A program made the position numbers and the translations under genes. The notes below the pieces were generated by a model. It saw only the letters and a list, made by a program, of their open reading frames with translations, did no database searches and was not told where the DNA came from. DNA of 64,000 bases from Paraphysomonas bandaiensis (lineage: Eukaryota > Protista > Chrysophyceae), in the NCBI GenBank assembly GCA_965644295.1, contig CBFFRP010000113.1, forward strand, positions 38,785-102,784, read 5' to 3'. Position 1 is the first letter of the stretch. Each line of letters starts with the position of its first letter. Positions 23,258-35,838 of the stretch are shown here, one piece after another.

Positions 23258-23869
23258 TTCTATACTGCAATGCGTGTATTACATTACATACCATTTAAAG
23301 TATTAATGTACAATATAGTGAAAAAAGTAAATGGTTACTAAATCAAAGACTAAATTTATAAATATAATTGGAATGCAGTTAATAGAAAGGTAATGAAGGT
23401 AAAATATAAAAGGCATTCTAGAAGTGTATGTTTAAACACCAACTATGTTATCGCCATTATTCAGTTGTTTCATGCAGACTTTTTTCTGCCTTCAAAGGCG
23501 TCTTAGCTGCCTTCTCAGTTACCTGTTTTTCCGCTGACAATTTGGTCAACCTTAGCTGTCAAGTTATGACACAATTGGATGATTTACTATGTTAACTGGA
23601 CGTTTATTTACTCATTAAACAAGTTAAGATAAGAGAAGATTATAGTAAATATAATAAACAATATATCACGTTATCTCTACTACCACTCATTTCTAGTACG
23701 ATCTTATATCGTCACTATCTTCTTGTATGGTCAATATATATTCAGTTCTCATTTACTTCTCATAATACAGTTAACCACTACAGTATTCTCCAGTAACCGT
23801 CATAATTCCAATATCTTAGTATTACAGCTTTTAATTGCTTAAACAGCAAAACTCAACATTAGCAATGAC

Positions 23870-24700
23870 ATCGGCCATCTTCTATCCTCTTGTATTTTTT
23901 GACTTTAGAACAGCGGCCCTCGTTTCTCATATAAGCGTGAGCTCTGCTACAGGTCGTTTTATTTCCGTAGGGTCTCTCGAAGCCATTTCCTCTGATACCT
24001 TGCAACTACTCTCTTCTGGCTCACTATTTCTTTCAGGTTAATTAACAGTTTTACGAAGATTCACAAAGTTGGACTATGTCGGAATAACACGTGTTGGAAT
24101 AGCACACTTGATTATTCACAACTTCTTAGATGCCCGTGTAACATTGATACACCATTTTCTCATAGTCTACAGTGACACCATTATCATCAGGTAGGCAATT
24201 CTGACCACAACATGCAGAGAGCGTAGCAACAACATTTTGAGTCATGACACTAACAAGCTCTGCCATCGTTGTCTCGAAAAAGAACAGATGAATATGCGAA
24301 CATGAATCGATCTAATACTGCTCGTATACCGCTTTCCAGTTGCCTGTTTAGTATTACCGTGCCTTTGGAAAGGAATGATCGAAAAATCTTTTTACTCCAC
24401 CATAAACATGTACTGACGATCACAAGCATTATGGATACCTGTTAGTCCAGAACCCACCTGGCCATAGTTGATCTGAACATCATCAAACCAACCAAGCACG
24501 TCATACGTACACCTCAGACAACGAGAGCGGTACTCCATCCAATAGACCTATACAAGAAGAACAACTTAAGTCCCGGCACGGGACAACTTGATGTCCTCTA
24601 CCCAATGGTAGACCTCCCGATTAAACACAACACACGGGATGGTTACGCCATCATGATGGTGCTCGCAGCAATGCACAAGCAGTCCCGACGCTAGTGAAAG
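23870..24700 (-). pseudogene. Degraded DDE (pogo/DDE_1-like) transposase fragment
   Basis: Broken minus-strand frames. VGSGLTGIHNACDR resembles the LPxxTTxxxQPxD motif; CGQ...TVDYEKMVYQCY follows; many stops. Confidence 0.35.
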
Positions 24701-24779
24701 TGGGAGTAATTATGTTAACCAATCATACAGTAGATATATATAACTTCAAGTTGTGTTTCACTTGTATATTGAAAGTCTT

Positions 24780-25251
24780 ATTATTAGCAATAATAGGCGT
24801 TAAAAACCTGCACCAACTTAGTAGCTGGATGAATGCTAGACAAAGTAGTTAGACCTCTACCTGTAACTAATCAGTACACACTTTTTTATCCTACTATTTA
24901 ACGCTACGGAAGGTGCTTGTGCATCGCCGCAAGCACCAAGGTGCGACCACTTCCGCTCTGAGTTCTTAAGGTGTACATCCCGGATACTTGACTTCAGCAT
25001 GCAGCCCAATACCCCGGTTACCCTTCAGGTGGGCCCATTCCCGGATGTCTGTTTATTCGTCATGGCCCAAAGACGTCTACACAAGTGACACTGATTGATG
25101 TCCCTTGTACCACACAAGCATTCGGTTATGAGTGGGAAGAAGAATATCTGCTGACTATGTTTGCGGCTCACGTTAGTTTCCTAGCGAGAATCTCTCCGGT
25201 ACTTATTCCCCACAACACCACGAAATGGTGCGAGTCCGACTTTGTTGAGGG
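24780..25251. mobile_element. Partial copy of the CCC-terminated MITE (inverted homolog of 56486-57005)
   Basis: Ends ...GGTGCGAGTCCGACTTTGTTGAGGG; interior aligns with the reverse complement of ~56486-56940; left TIR not seen. Confidence 0.75.
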
Positions 25252-25906
25252 TGTTTCACTTATAGCTATAACCGTAAAATTCCTAGTTACGACTAGTAGC
25301 ACACAAGGAATAATCAGAAGTTCAATATATGACTAGTAGGTCGTTCTATTTGCCTAATGTAAGGTTCTTGTTTTATTGTAAAAGTAAATCTTATGTAGAT
25401 TGAAATTAATTGTCATAGAAATTAATTAATTTCTACCTGCTGGTACCGTGAGAATAGATGTCACGATACACACAACGTCTGGTTACTGAAAATACTATGC
25501 GTTGAAGTGCTTAAGATAGAGTGTTAATCTACCATCAATACTGAAAATAACTCACTTGTGTGGCAGCTCATACGACAGTTTATACAAAAGTAGAGATGAC
25601 TGGCAGCCTCATTTATACATTCAAAATTTGTAGTTAATAGTTAAAGTAACAATATGGGGACATTATCTATATCTATAATGCTTATGTTTCACTCTTACTT
25701 TAAAAGCATCGCACTCCCCTACGAATTCCACTCGTCACATCATCATAATACGATATCAATTCTCTTCAAAAGCAATATAGCACGATATAATGCTGACGTG
25801 ATATTTACAAGTTGTAACCAATAATAATTTGTAAGAGGCCTTAATAAATCTGCTATAAATACCAAATTTAGTATGCGCAGCAAAAGAAAACACATTTTAT
25901 ATGGGT

Positions 25907-28900
25907 TTAGGCTTTCAAAACCATGTCAAGAAGGTCGTCATCACTTGAACTACTCCGCGATAACGCTTCCCCGACGTTGTCACTAGATACTAAACTTAGT
26001 CCTTGTTGTATATCAGTCTCTTGTAAGCGAAGGTGTTGTGCAGGCGCTAATGAGGGCCGCTTCGGCTGTTGACTATTTACGGAAGATATATCAGTCTCAA
26101 AGAAGCTCCGCTTTCCCGAATTCTGAAAATTTTCACCATAATAAGACGTGCTGGTATCTTTATATTCAATAGAGGATTGTATGGTATTCTCTACCAATAG
26201 AGTTGGTTTATGATAACTCGGCCCAGAATATCGAAATGCGTTAATGTCTCGCTGTGGATGCACCTTACTACCACTCAATGGCCTAGGAGACCGATTCCTA
26301 TCATGATTTTGTGAAGCACCATCACGAAGCGGTACCATCTTCTCAATGAGGTCACCCCGTTGCTGAGAGTGTTTCCAAGTGGAATCATGGACAGAAACAG
26401 ACGAAGTAGGCGGATGCCTCGAAACACGCTTTGAACTGAGTGGCTCTGCGTCAACGCCTCTGGCTGATCTATTAATATCTACACGCCGTGGCATTGTCTC
26501 CCTCGAATCGGTATTTTCTCCAAAGGAATTACCCCGAGGATCATCATCTGTCGCAGCAACCGTATCGGAAGAGTGGGCACGTCCACTATCTGTATCATCA
26601 ACAGAACCCATATTTTGATTATCTGAATTTCGGGATCGTTTTATCTCAATATCGTTATGTGAAGACGGAACATAACTGGCCGGGGTACTTCTCCTACTAC
26701 CACTCAATGGCCTAGGAGACCGATTCCGATCATGATTTTGTGAAGCACCATCACGAAGCGGTACCATCTTCTCAATGAGGTCACCCCGTTGCTGAGAGTG
26801 TTTCCAAGTGGAATCATGGACAGAAACAGACGAAGTAGGCGGATGCCTCGAAACACGCTTTGAACTGAGTGGCTCTGCGTCAACGCCTCTGGCTGATCTA
26901 TTAATATCTACACGCCGTGGCATTGTCTCCCTCGAATCGGTATTTTCTCTAAAGGTATTACCCCGAGGAACATCATCTGTCGCAGCAACCGTATCGGAAG
27001 AGTGGGCACGTCCACTATCTGTATCATCAACAGAACCCATATTTTGATTATCTGAATTTCGGGATCGTTTTATCTCAATATCGTTATGTGAAGACGGAAC
27101 ATAACTGGCCGGGGTACTTCTCCTACTACCACTCAATGGCCTAGGAGACCGATTCCTATCATGATTTTGTGAAGCACCATCACGAAGCGGTACCATCTTC
27201 TCAATGAGGTCACCCCGTTGCTGAGAGTGTTTCCAAGTGGAATCATGGACAGAAACAGTCGAAGTAGGCGGATGCCTCGAAACACGCTTTGAACTGAGTG
27301 GCTCTGCGTCAACGCCTCTGGCTGATCTATTAATATCTACACGCCGTGGCATTGTCTCCCTCGAATCGGTATTTTCTCCAAAGGTATTACCCCGAGGAAC
27401 ATCATCTGTCGCAGCAACCGTATCGGAAGAGTGGGCACGTCCACTATCTGTATCATCAACAGAACCCATATTTTGGTTATCTGAATTTCGGGATCGTTTT
27501 ATCTCAATATCGTTATGTGAAGACGGAACATAACTGGCCGGGGTACTTCTCTTACTACCACTCAATGGCCTAGGAGACCGATTCCTATCATGATTTTGTG
27601 AAGCACCATCACGAAGCGGTACCATCTTCTCAATGAGGTCACCCCGTTGCTGAGAGTGTTTCCAAGTGGAATCATGGACAGAAACAGACGAAGTAGGCGG
27701 ATGCCCCGAAACACGCTTTGAACTGAGTGGCTCTGCGTCAACGCCTCTGGCTGATCTATTAATATCTACACGCCGTGGCATTGTCTCCCTCGAATCGGTA
27801 TTTTCTCTAAAGGAATTACCCCGAGGATCATCATCTGTCGCAGCAACCGTATCGGAAGAGTGGGCATGTCGAATACCTATTTGAGTTGTTTGAGTTGATG
27901 ACGATTGCGTGTCCGTCTCTTCATGATCCCCAATGTCTGACGTACCAACTTGACGACCGGAATCACTGTCGTCATCGGAATAATTTGTTAGTGTAGAATT
28001 GAATATATCTTCCACTTCCTTTGTTGCAACACTCAAGGTTTTCAGAAGGCACAAAATTTCACCTTCAGGGAGACGTACCACATATCGTTTTTTTTCAATC
28101 CTGACAACTTTGCCAACCATACCGTCCACAGTTACAATTTTTCCTATTCTGTCGCATTTTGGTACAGAACTAAGGGGCTTACATTGATCTACATCATCGA
28201 CAAACTCGGCAATCGTTTCACCATCACCACCAGCCGTAGCATTGCTGGACTGACAGTATATATTGTCCTCATGTACCACGCTATCAGGGCCATCATTCGT
28301 TGAACCAAAACCGATCATGTTACCACTGCTATCCTCCACAGCAACATTACATTGATGGCCCGTATGTTCCACATTCCGTGCTGTCATGTCCTCACTTCCA
28401 TCCATCGCAGCAACAGCAGCGGACTGACAGTCCGTACTCTCCATACTAGCTTCTACCATATCATTACGGGTTACATTTCCATATTGAGAGTCTATATTCC
28501 GCACGACATCAACCTCCATCGCATCACTATTATCCTTCGAAGACATGTCAGACAGAAGCCCCTCACCCTCCCTATTAACTTCTACAGTGTCCATACTGGT
28601 AGGACTGTCACGTCGATTGCCCCCACACTCTACATTCACCGATGAGGTGCCATCACATTCAATTTCCAAGGAAACGCCAGACTGACTGCCCTTACCCTCA
28701 ACATCCCCTTCAACAGCGACAGTATTACTATCCTCCACAGCAACATTATATTGATGGCCAATATGTTCCACATTCTTTGCTGTCATGTCCTCACATTGAT
28801 TGCCGCTACTATCTACATTCACCGATGAGGTGCCATCACATTCAATTTCCAATGAAACGCCAGACTGACTGCCCTTACCCTCAACATCCCCTTCAACAGC

Positions 28901-31900
28901 GACAGCATTACTATCCTCCACAGCAACATTATATTGATGGCCAATATGTTCCACATTCTTTGCTGTCGTGTCCTCACATTGATTACCCCTACTATCTACA
29001 TTCACCGATGAGGTGCCATCACATTCAATTTCCAAGGAAACGCCAGACTGACTGCCCTTACCCTCAACATCCCCTTCAACAGCGACAGTATTACTATCCT
29101 CCACAGCAACATTATATTGATGGCCAATATGTTCCACATTCTTTGCTGTCGTGTCCTCACATTGATTACCCCTACTATCTACATTCATCGATGAGGTGCC
29201 ATCACATTCAATTTCCAAGGAAACGCCAGACTGACTGCCCTTACCCTCAACATCCCCTTCAACAGCGACAGCATTACTATCCTCCACAGCAACATTATAT
29301 TGATGGCCAATATGTTCCACATTCTTTGCTGTCGTGACCTCATATTCATTGCCTCTACTATCTACATTCATCGATGAGGTGCCATCACATTCAATTTCCA
29401 AGGAAATGTTAGGCTTACTGTCCTTGCCCTCAACATTACCTGAAATCGCGGCATCAATACTATCCTCCACAGCAACATTACATTGATGGCCCGTATGTTC
29501 CACATTCCGTGCTGTCATGTCCTCACTTCCATCCATCGCAGCAACAGCAGCGGACTGACAGTCCGTACTCTCCATACTAGCTTCTACCATATCATTACGG
29601 GTTGCATTTCCATACTGAGAGTCTATATTCCGCACGACATCAACCTCCATCGCATCACTATTATCCTTCGAAGACATGTCAGACAGAAGCCCCTCACCCT
29701 CCCTATTAACTTCTACAGCGTCCATACTGGTAGGACTGTCACGTCGATTGCCCCCACACTCTACATTCACCGATGAGGTGCCATCACATTCAATTTCCAA
29801 GGAAACGCCAGACTGACTGCCCTTACCCTCAACATCCCCTTCAACAGCGACAGCATTACTATCCTCCAAAGCAGCATTATATTGATATCCCGTAATCGCA
29901 ACGTTATCTGCAATAAAATCAGCTCCACCCATCACTGCAACGGCAGACTGGCAGTCCGAACTCTCAACGTTCTCTGTAATCGTATCATTATCGGCATTCG
30001 TATTCCTACACCCACTTAGAAATTTTACTTTGCCATCCTTTTCTACTACGTCAACCTTGCAGTCATCAACACGAACTTCCAATAAACAATCATTCGTAGC
30101 ACTATCAAGTTGATATTCCGCACACACCACGTTTTCTGCAATCGTGCTACTATAGCTATCCCTACTAAATTCCCCGCAATTACTCTCTGTACTCTTATTT
30201 ATGATATCATGGACACAGCCCCTTGCAGCCATGCCAGACTGAAAGCCCTCACTCTTCGCACCGACTTCTACCATGTCCTCATTTGTAGTACTGCCACGAT
30301 GAGAGTCCACACACTTCACACTTTCTTCGCCGAGGCCACTGCCATCCTTTGTAGCAAAGTCAGGCTGCACACCATTGCCGATCCAGTAATCACATGACCT
30401 CCAATCCACGTGTTTGGTGGTGTGAGAAGGGGGTATATCGTCATCAATCTCAGTCACTTGAGTGTCGCTAGTACATGCACCGGAGATTCCAACATCATTT
30501 CTATTATCGGCCACTGCACCTGAAGTAACTGATTGGAGCATATCTTTCATCCATTGAGATGTACATCGTCGCGAAATCGATTCATTCCTAAAGTATGTAT
30601 CCGCTACTGCTTTGCTACCAGAACACAGAGCAAACTTGTTTTTTTCACTTCCACCACCGTTCAATTTACAAGAATCTAATATTCCACACTCAAGGAATGC
30701 ATGTCGATAATCAAGTAGTGAAATGTCACCCTTCTGAAAGCCATCCAGTAATAAATTTTCCATATCACATAGGGATGAATCAGACGTTGCAATGGAGCGA
30801 TTTGCTTCCGCGAATCCGGAGAAGGCTCTTTTGATTTCATACAGGCCAGCAGGGTGTGTTGAGTTACTTACAGTGCTCGATCTCTGCAACTTGTGTATGT
30901 TACGCAGGTCTGCAGTTGTACACCCATCAACTAAACAATGTCAAACTCCATATTAGTAGAGATTCGACACGACAGTCTTACCATACCTAGTGGTCCGGCG
31001 TTGATAAACGATTGCTTTCGTAACCAGCAATTGTAGGCATTTGTGTCACGAAAATCAAGAGATCTCAATTCTTTCCAGTAATCTTCGACATCAGGATACT
31101 CGTATTCCGTGTTAGATTGACTCAATAAGTAATGATTGACAACATTTTGACGCTCATGAAGCTCCATTACCGCCAATGCATACTCCACGCATTTTCCCTA
31201 ATCATTGTGAACAATCAATGGTGTAATACGAACAGGAATACCTTAGGGGTAGCTTTTCTACCATAGTATTCATGCAGCGACTGAATTTCATTAGCAATAG
31301 CATATTCTCCACTACCAAAAGGCAAAAAGAGATATCGTCTTTCCCCGTTTCTTTCCAATGCCCGTAGAAAGTCCTTTTCTGTCCAATATGATGGAATATA
31401 TATTTCAGCTGGCAACCAACTTGAAAGGTACTTGGCTGCGACAACTTCACTCCCAATGCAACAATCGTGATCGTCCAGAAAAATCCATCGAGAGTACGGT
31501 AAATTCCTACCGTTCGCACCACTGTAAACAATTAGTTAAAGTTAAAGCCATACAATGATCATACCTCTTGAACTGTACTAAGTACTCATATCTATCACTT
31601 TCTGTTCTCCGTTTGCTTACAATGCGACCTACAAGAGAAAAGTAATATATACGTTACACTAATTCGTAAACATACACAAGCTCAACCTGTGTGTATAAAC
31701 CCTGATTGTACTCGAAGCCGAATCGGCAAGCCGAGAGGGTCGTTTGATGCGAGGAATGCAGTTACTTTATCGCTCTTGCACTGCGGATCACGAATATAAT
31801 CCTTCCAATAATAATTCTCGAAATAATCAGCTAATTCAGCGGTGCTTCCTAAAGGATGACATACAGGACAGAACCAGTCTCTGTCTTCGTCGGGTATCTC

Positions 31901-32053
31901 TGACAGAGGGGGGTTCAGACAGTACATGTGGTATCCACTTCTACAGGCCTCCACATTACTACACAACAGAGTCTCCTCTTCATCACCCTCCCATGTTCTC
32001 TCACAGGCCTCACAGATAACCTCACTCTCACTCTCATCGTCAACATCAGACAT
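25907..32053 (-). CDS. PHD finger plus Tudor/PWWP-like chromatin protein with a very long repeat-rich last exon
   Basis: C4HC3 PHD (CEAC...LLCS..AC..GYHMYCLNPPL..WFCPVC); PWWP-like VVAAKYLSSWLPAEI...YLFLPFG; short introns link these exons to the 1660-aa ORF. Confidence 0.8.
26268..27867 (-). repeat. Coding tandem repeat, 429-bp (143-aa) unit x ~3.7
   Basis: Equivalent positions at 26379, 26808, 27237 and 27666; few substitutions. Confidence 0.95.
28325..29885 (-). repeat. Coding tandem repeat, 183-bp (61-aa) units nested in an 1131-bp-offset duplication
   Basis: GATGAGGTGCCATCAC recurs at 28641, 28824, 29007, 29190, 29373 and 29772. Confidence 0.93.
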
Positions 32054-32111
32054 CTGGCCACGTCTTATTGTAGAGTTCTAGTTATAGTGTTCTAAAAGGA
32101 CAGAAATGAAA

Positions 32112-32438
32112 ATGTATGTATGTATGTATGTATGTATGTATGTATGTATGTATGTATGTATGTATGTATGTATGTATGTATGTATGTATGTATGTATGTA
32201 TGTATGTATGTATGTATGTATGTATGTATGTATGTATGTATGTATGTATGTATGTATGTATGTATGTATGTATGTATGTATGTATGTATGTATGTATGTA
32301 TGTATGTATGTTTGTATGTATGTATGTATGTATGTATGTATGTATGTATGTATGTATGTATGTATGTATGTATGTATGTATGTATGTATGTATGTATGTA
32401 TGTATGTATGTATGTATGTATGTATGTATGTATGTATG

Positions 32439-32472
<34 letters not shown>

Positions 32473-32482
32473 TGTATGTATG

Positions 32483-32513
<31 letters not shown>

Positions 32514-32738
32514 GTATGTAAGTATGTATGTATGTATGTATGTATGTATGTATGTATGTATGTATGTATGTATGTATGTATGTATGTATGTATGTTTGTA
32601 TGTATGTATGTATGTATGTATGTATGTATGTATGTATGTATGTATGTATGTATGTATGTATGTATGTATGTATGTATGTATGTATGTATGTATGTATGTA
32701 TGTATGTATGTATGTATGTATGTATGTATGTATCTATG
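32112..32738. repeat. (TATG)n microsatellite, ~625 bp
   Basis: Nearly perfect tetranucleotide run between two divergent start codons. Confidence 0.99.
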
Positions 32739-32832
32739 CAGTGCATCTTATCTCCACGCATCTATCATATTTTACCACAGTGCAGGAACATCCCCTGTAC
32801 CTTATCGCCTCGCGATTATTGTGTATACATCA

Positions 32833-33486
32833 ATGGCTCTCAGGGGGTTGGTACGTGAGCAGTTTCCTGTATATGTATTTCTAATAGGTTTAGGTGTCAC
32901 ACTAGGCACTATTATGAAGCCATTGCTGGTTGATTTAGACTATTTCACTCGAAATCTTTTCTTGAATATTGTTTCTAGAGGTTCGGAGTCGATTACAGAC
33001 ACTGTCTCGTACTCTTGTCGTGTTCTACCTCAAGATATTGATCGAAATGGCCACATGAGTAATGCTCAGTATATGCGCGAATTAAATTTTGCAAGAAAGA
33101 ACTATTGGTCGAAACTAGGGGTTTGGCAATATTTACGACAACGAGGATGGAACATGGTGGTGTCCGCGCAATCCATTAGATACAGAAAGGAATTAAACCT
33201 TTGGCAGAGCTACGATATTTCTATTAGACTCATATCATGGTCTGATACAGAGAAATGCTTTTATTTAGAGTCGAAATTTGTAAGGAATGGTTTTATACAT
33301 GCAATACACTGGACAAAGTACAGGTTACTTGGAAGGAGTATGTTCGAAAAGCCGGAACCATCCTCTGTTCTACTTGGTTGTTCATTGATAAATGATTGCT
33401 CTAATGACACTCTCGTTGTCGACGATGCTATTAACTTATGGATTAAAGCGAATAATGTGTCATCACGAATGTTACGCCCTAAATAA
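32833..33486 (+). CDS. THEM6-like hotdog-fold thioesterase
   Basis: RVLPQDIDRNGHMSNAQYMRELNFAR, QSIRYRKEL and FYLESKFV motifs; the real start is probably MALRG at 32833. Confidence 0.85.
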   Translation: MALRGLVREQFPVYVFLIGLGVTLGTIMKPLLVDLDYFTRNLFLNIVSRGSESITDTVSYSCRVLPQDIDRNGHMSNAQYMRELNFARKNYWSKLGVWQYLRQRGWNMVVSAQSIRYRKELNLWQSYDISIRLISWSDTEKCFYLESKFVRNGFIHAIHWTKYRLLGRSMFEKPEPSSVLLGCSLINDCSNDTLVVDDAINLWIKANNVSSRMLRPK

Positions 33487-34429
33487 ATTAACTTCTTCTA
33501 TTCGTATTGCATACTCATAACTAATTATGTATACTGTATATTCTATATCGACATGGGTGTGCAAAATTAAATGACTAATTGCATATAGCCATAAAAAGGA
33601 ATAGTAGAATTATATCGAACACCAATACCTCCAGTCATATTCTACTTGTATACAATATATAGAATTTGAGAGCACGATTCTAATTTATATGCACTTAGTT
33701 TGCTGATATAAAGAAGGATATATTTCAGTTTCTATCCCCATTTTGTCTCATAAAAGGTAGTTTTGTTCACCTGAATTATATTAGAGCCGGACAATTATAA
33801 ACATTCAACTTCAATAATCGGTTTGAACAGAAACTACCTTTCATCTTAATTATGATATTCGCTTTCATCGTTTCATTTGAGTCTTTATCATAATACACAA
33901 TTTCAAAAACAAATAATGATGACTCCATTTTCTCTGAAACAGATAATCAAAGCCTCCAAGCTATATTACATATTACATATCCTGCATTTGATGATATAGA
34001 AGATCATAATGATGATAGTACATGCGATCTACCTTTTGAACTGTACCAAGTGTTCCTATTCTAAATTCTACCTCTTCATCTAGGTACTGCTATTTTTCTG
34101 CAGCTTTTGTAATATTGCTACCTGCTGTACTCAGCCTACTAACGGCTGTTCATCTCAGTATACTATACCAACTAGCAATCACAAGGCAATGCATCGTTCA
34201 TAGCTGAGTCAACAAATATAAAAAGAAGCATTTTGATGAATGCCATACATGTAAATCGTCATCATACATCGTTACATTACAGGATATCACATATTTGAAC
34301 ACTGCAAACAATGTACTACATTCTTCATAATGTACTAATTATTTTCAATAACTTTAATCCAATATAGTAATAAAACTTATCAGCTGTTCATATTATATCT
34401 ACTTCTTCTACATTATGGAAATAATCAAG

Positions 34430-35473
34430 CTATGAAGTCGATATACTCGTGTCTCGGTCTGTGCTCTCTTGTGACAAATCAACACGTTCGTTTTCTTCTA
34501 AACTACCCTCTCGAGTATCATCGGGAGGGAATTCTGAGCTTTGTGATGCACCACCGGAGTGTCTCGGGGATTTAAAAAAAGAAGTAATGGAACTTAGAAA
34601 CGTCGGACTTTCGTCTCCCACCCCTGTTTTGTGGGGAGGTGTCTGATTTGTCTCATTGTGGCTTGGAGAGGACATATAATTATCAATTATTTCTCCAACA
34701 TTTAACGAGGTGGCACTACTATCTCTACTCTCCGCATCTTGTGTAAAGGATTCCCCATCTCTCATTGCCTTCAGGTTACGGTTAAACCTGTAAAAGTAGT
34801 AGTCATTACACAACATGTGTTCACGTACGACGTGATAAATGAGATTGAGACTCAGCATTCGATTCCCAAGTGTAATAGCGTCTGACTCTGAGCAAGATTG
34901 GTCCTTCATTATCCAGCTGATCGCCTCGCTGCCAATGAAGCAGCTGGAGTACCGCTTGAGATAATAAAATCTGTCTTTCTGCGATACTCCGCCCATCATA
35001 CGTATCGCCATAGAAATCATGAAAGATATCTCTTCATTTACATCTTCATCATCACATTGTGTGAACCCCGTATTGTTAAACATATCTACCCACTCAGATA
35101 CCCTCTTAGCTGCATAAAGTGCGTCCACCCATTTCGCCTTCTGCCGGTCACTGCGAAGTGCCAGTTCCCAACAAATTAAAGATTCATCTCTCAGACGCCC
35201 GTCGCAACATATAACCGTATGCCGCTCTAATAGATGATCTGGATTCTCTAAAACCTCATGGCTAAATGACAAATTCAATTCTTGTGGAATTTGAGCCTGG
35301 AGAAATATGTCATTTAGATAGTCCTCTGACACTGTTGGTCGAGCCATTTCCTTGAACCCTACAGGCCTTCGACAGAACCGGATATAAGACCCCTGTAGAC
35401 ACACATACATAGGTTTCCATGAGCTCATACCACCACCTTTTGCCCCAAGACGAGTAAGAAATATTCCGTCCAT
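34430..35473 (-). CDS. PH-domain plus DEP-domain protein
   Basis: N-terminal PH pattern (FLTRLG..SWKPMY...KWVDAL) and DEP (KDRFYYLKRYSSCFIGSEAISW...AITLG...HV...FYRF). Confidence 0.85.
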   Translation of the reverse strand: MDGIFLTRLGAKGGGMSSWKPMYVCLQGSYIRFCRRPVGFKEMARPTVSEDYLNDIFLQAQIPQELNLSFSHEVLENPDHLLERHTVICCDGRLRDESLICWELALRSDRQKAKWVDALYAAKRVSEWVDMFNNTGFTQCDDEDVNEEISFMISMAIRMMGGVSQKDRFYYLKRYSSCFIGSEAISWIMKDQSCSESDAITLGNRMLSLNLIYHVVREHMLCNDYYFYRFNRNLKAMRDGESFTQDAESRDSSATSLNVGEIIDNYMSSPSHNETNQTPPHKTGVGDESPTFLSSITSFFKSPRHSGGASQSSEFPPDDTREGSLEENERVDLSQESTDRDTSISTS

Positions 35474-35838
35474 TCAGATGTTTCACAGATATATGGATCA
35501 CTTATTTAATATAATTTTAAAAATATTATACGTCACGAAAAGGTTCCTACATGAAGAGATCCAACTCAATAATTGTGCTTAATTCAGCAGTTTATTATAG
35601 TTAAATGATCCACAATATATTTGTGATGGACACTTTAAATATACGGTCTGTGACTGTACTTTACCACAAGTAATTTTACATAAATATTATTTTATGCAGT
35701 GCGGGAGTACACGGCACAGTGTTCTATTTTATTAATTGGCTCATGTTGGTTGACAGGTTCCAAGAGTACAACGTATGTATGTATGTATGCATGTATGTAT
35801 GTATGTATGTATGTATGTACAGCGGTACGTGTGTAGGT

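Noticed and set aside
26379-29776. Repeated plus-strand ORFs (MESWTET..., MRCHHIQ...)
   Set aside because: Antisense shadows of the coding repeats in the 1660-aa exon.
28325-29885. Regularly spaced repeats as a CRISPR-like array
   Set aside because: Units are whole tandem copies with no unique spacers, are in frame within a eukaryotic exon, and no cas genes are present.
32078-32884. MYVC/HTYI-repeat ORFs, including the N-terminal half of the 456-aa ORF
   Set aside because: Translations of the (TATG)n microsatellite; the real gene probably starts at 32833.
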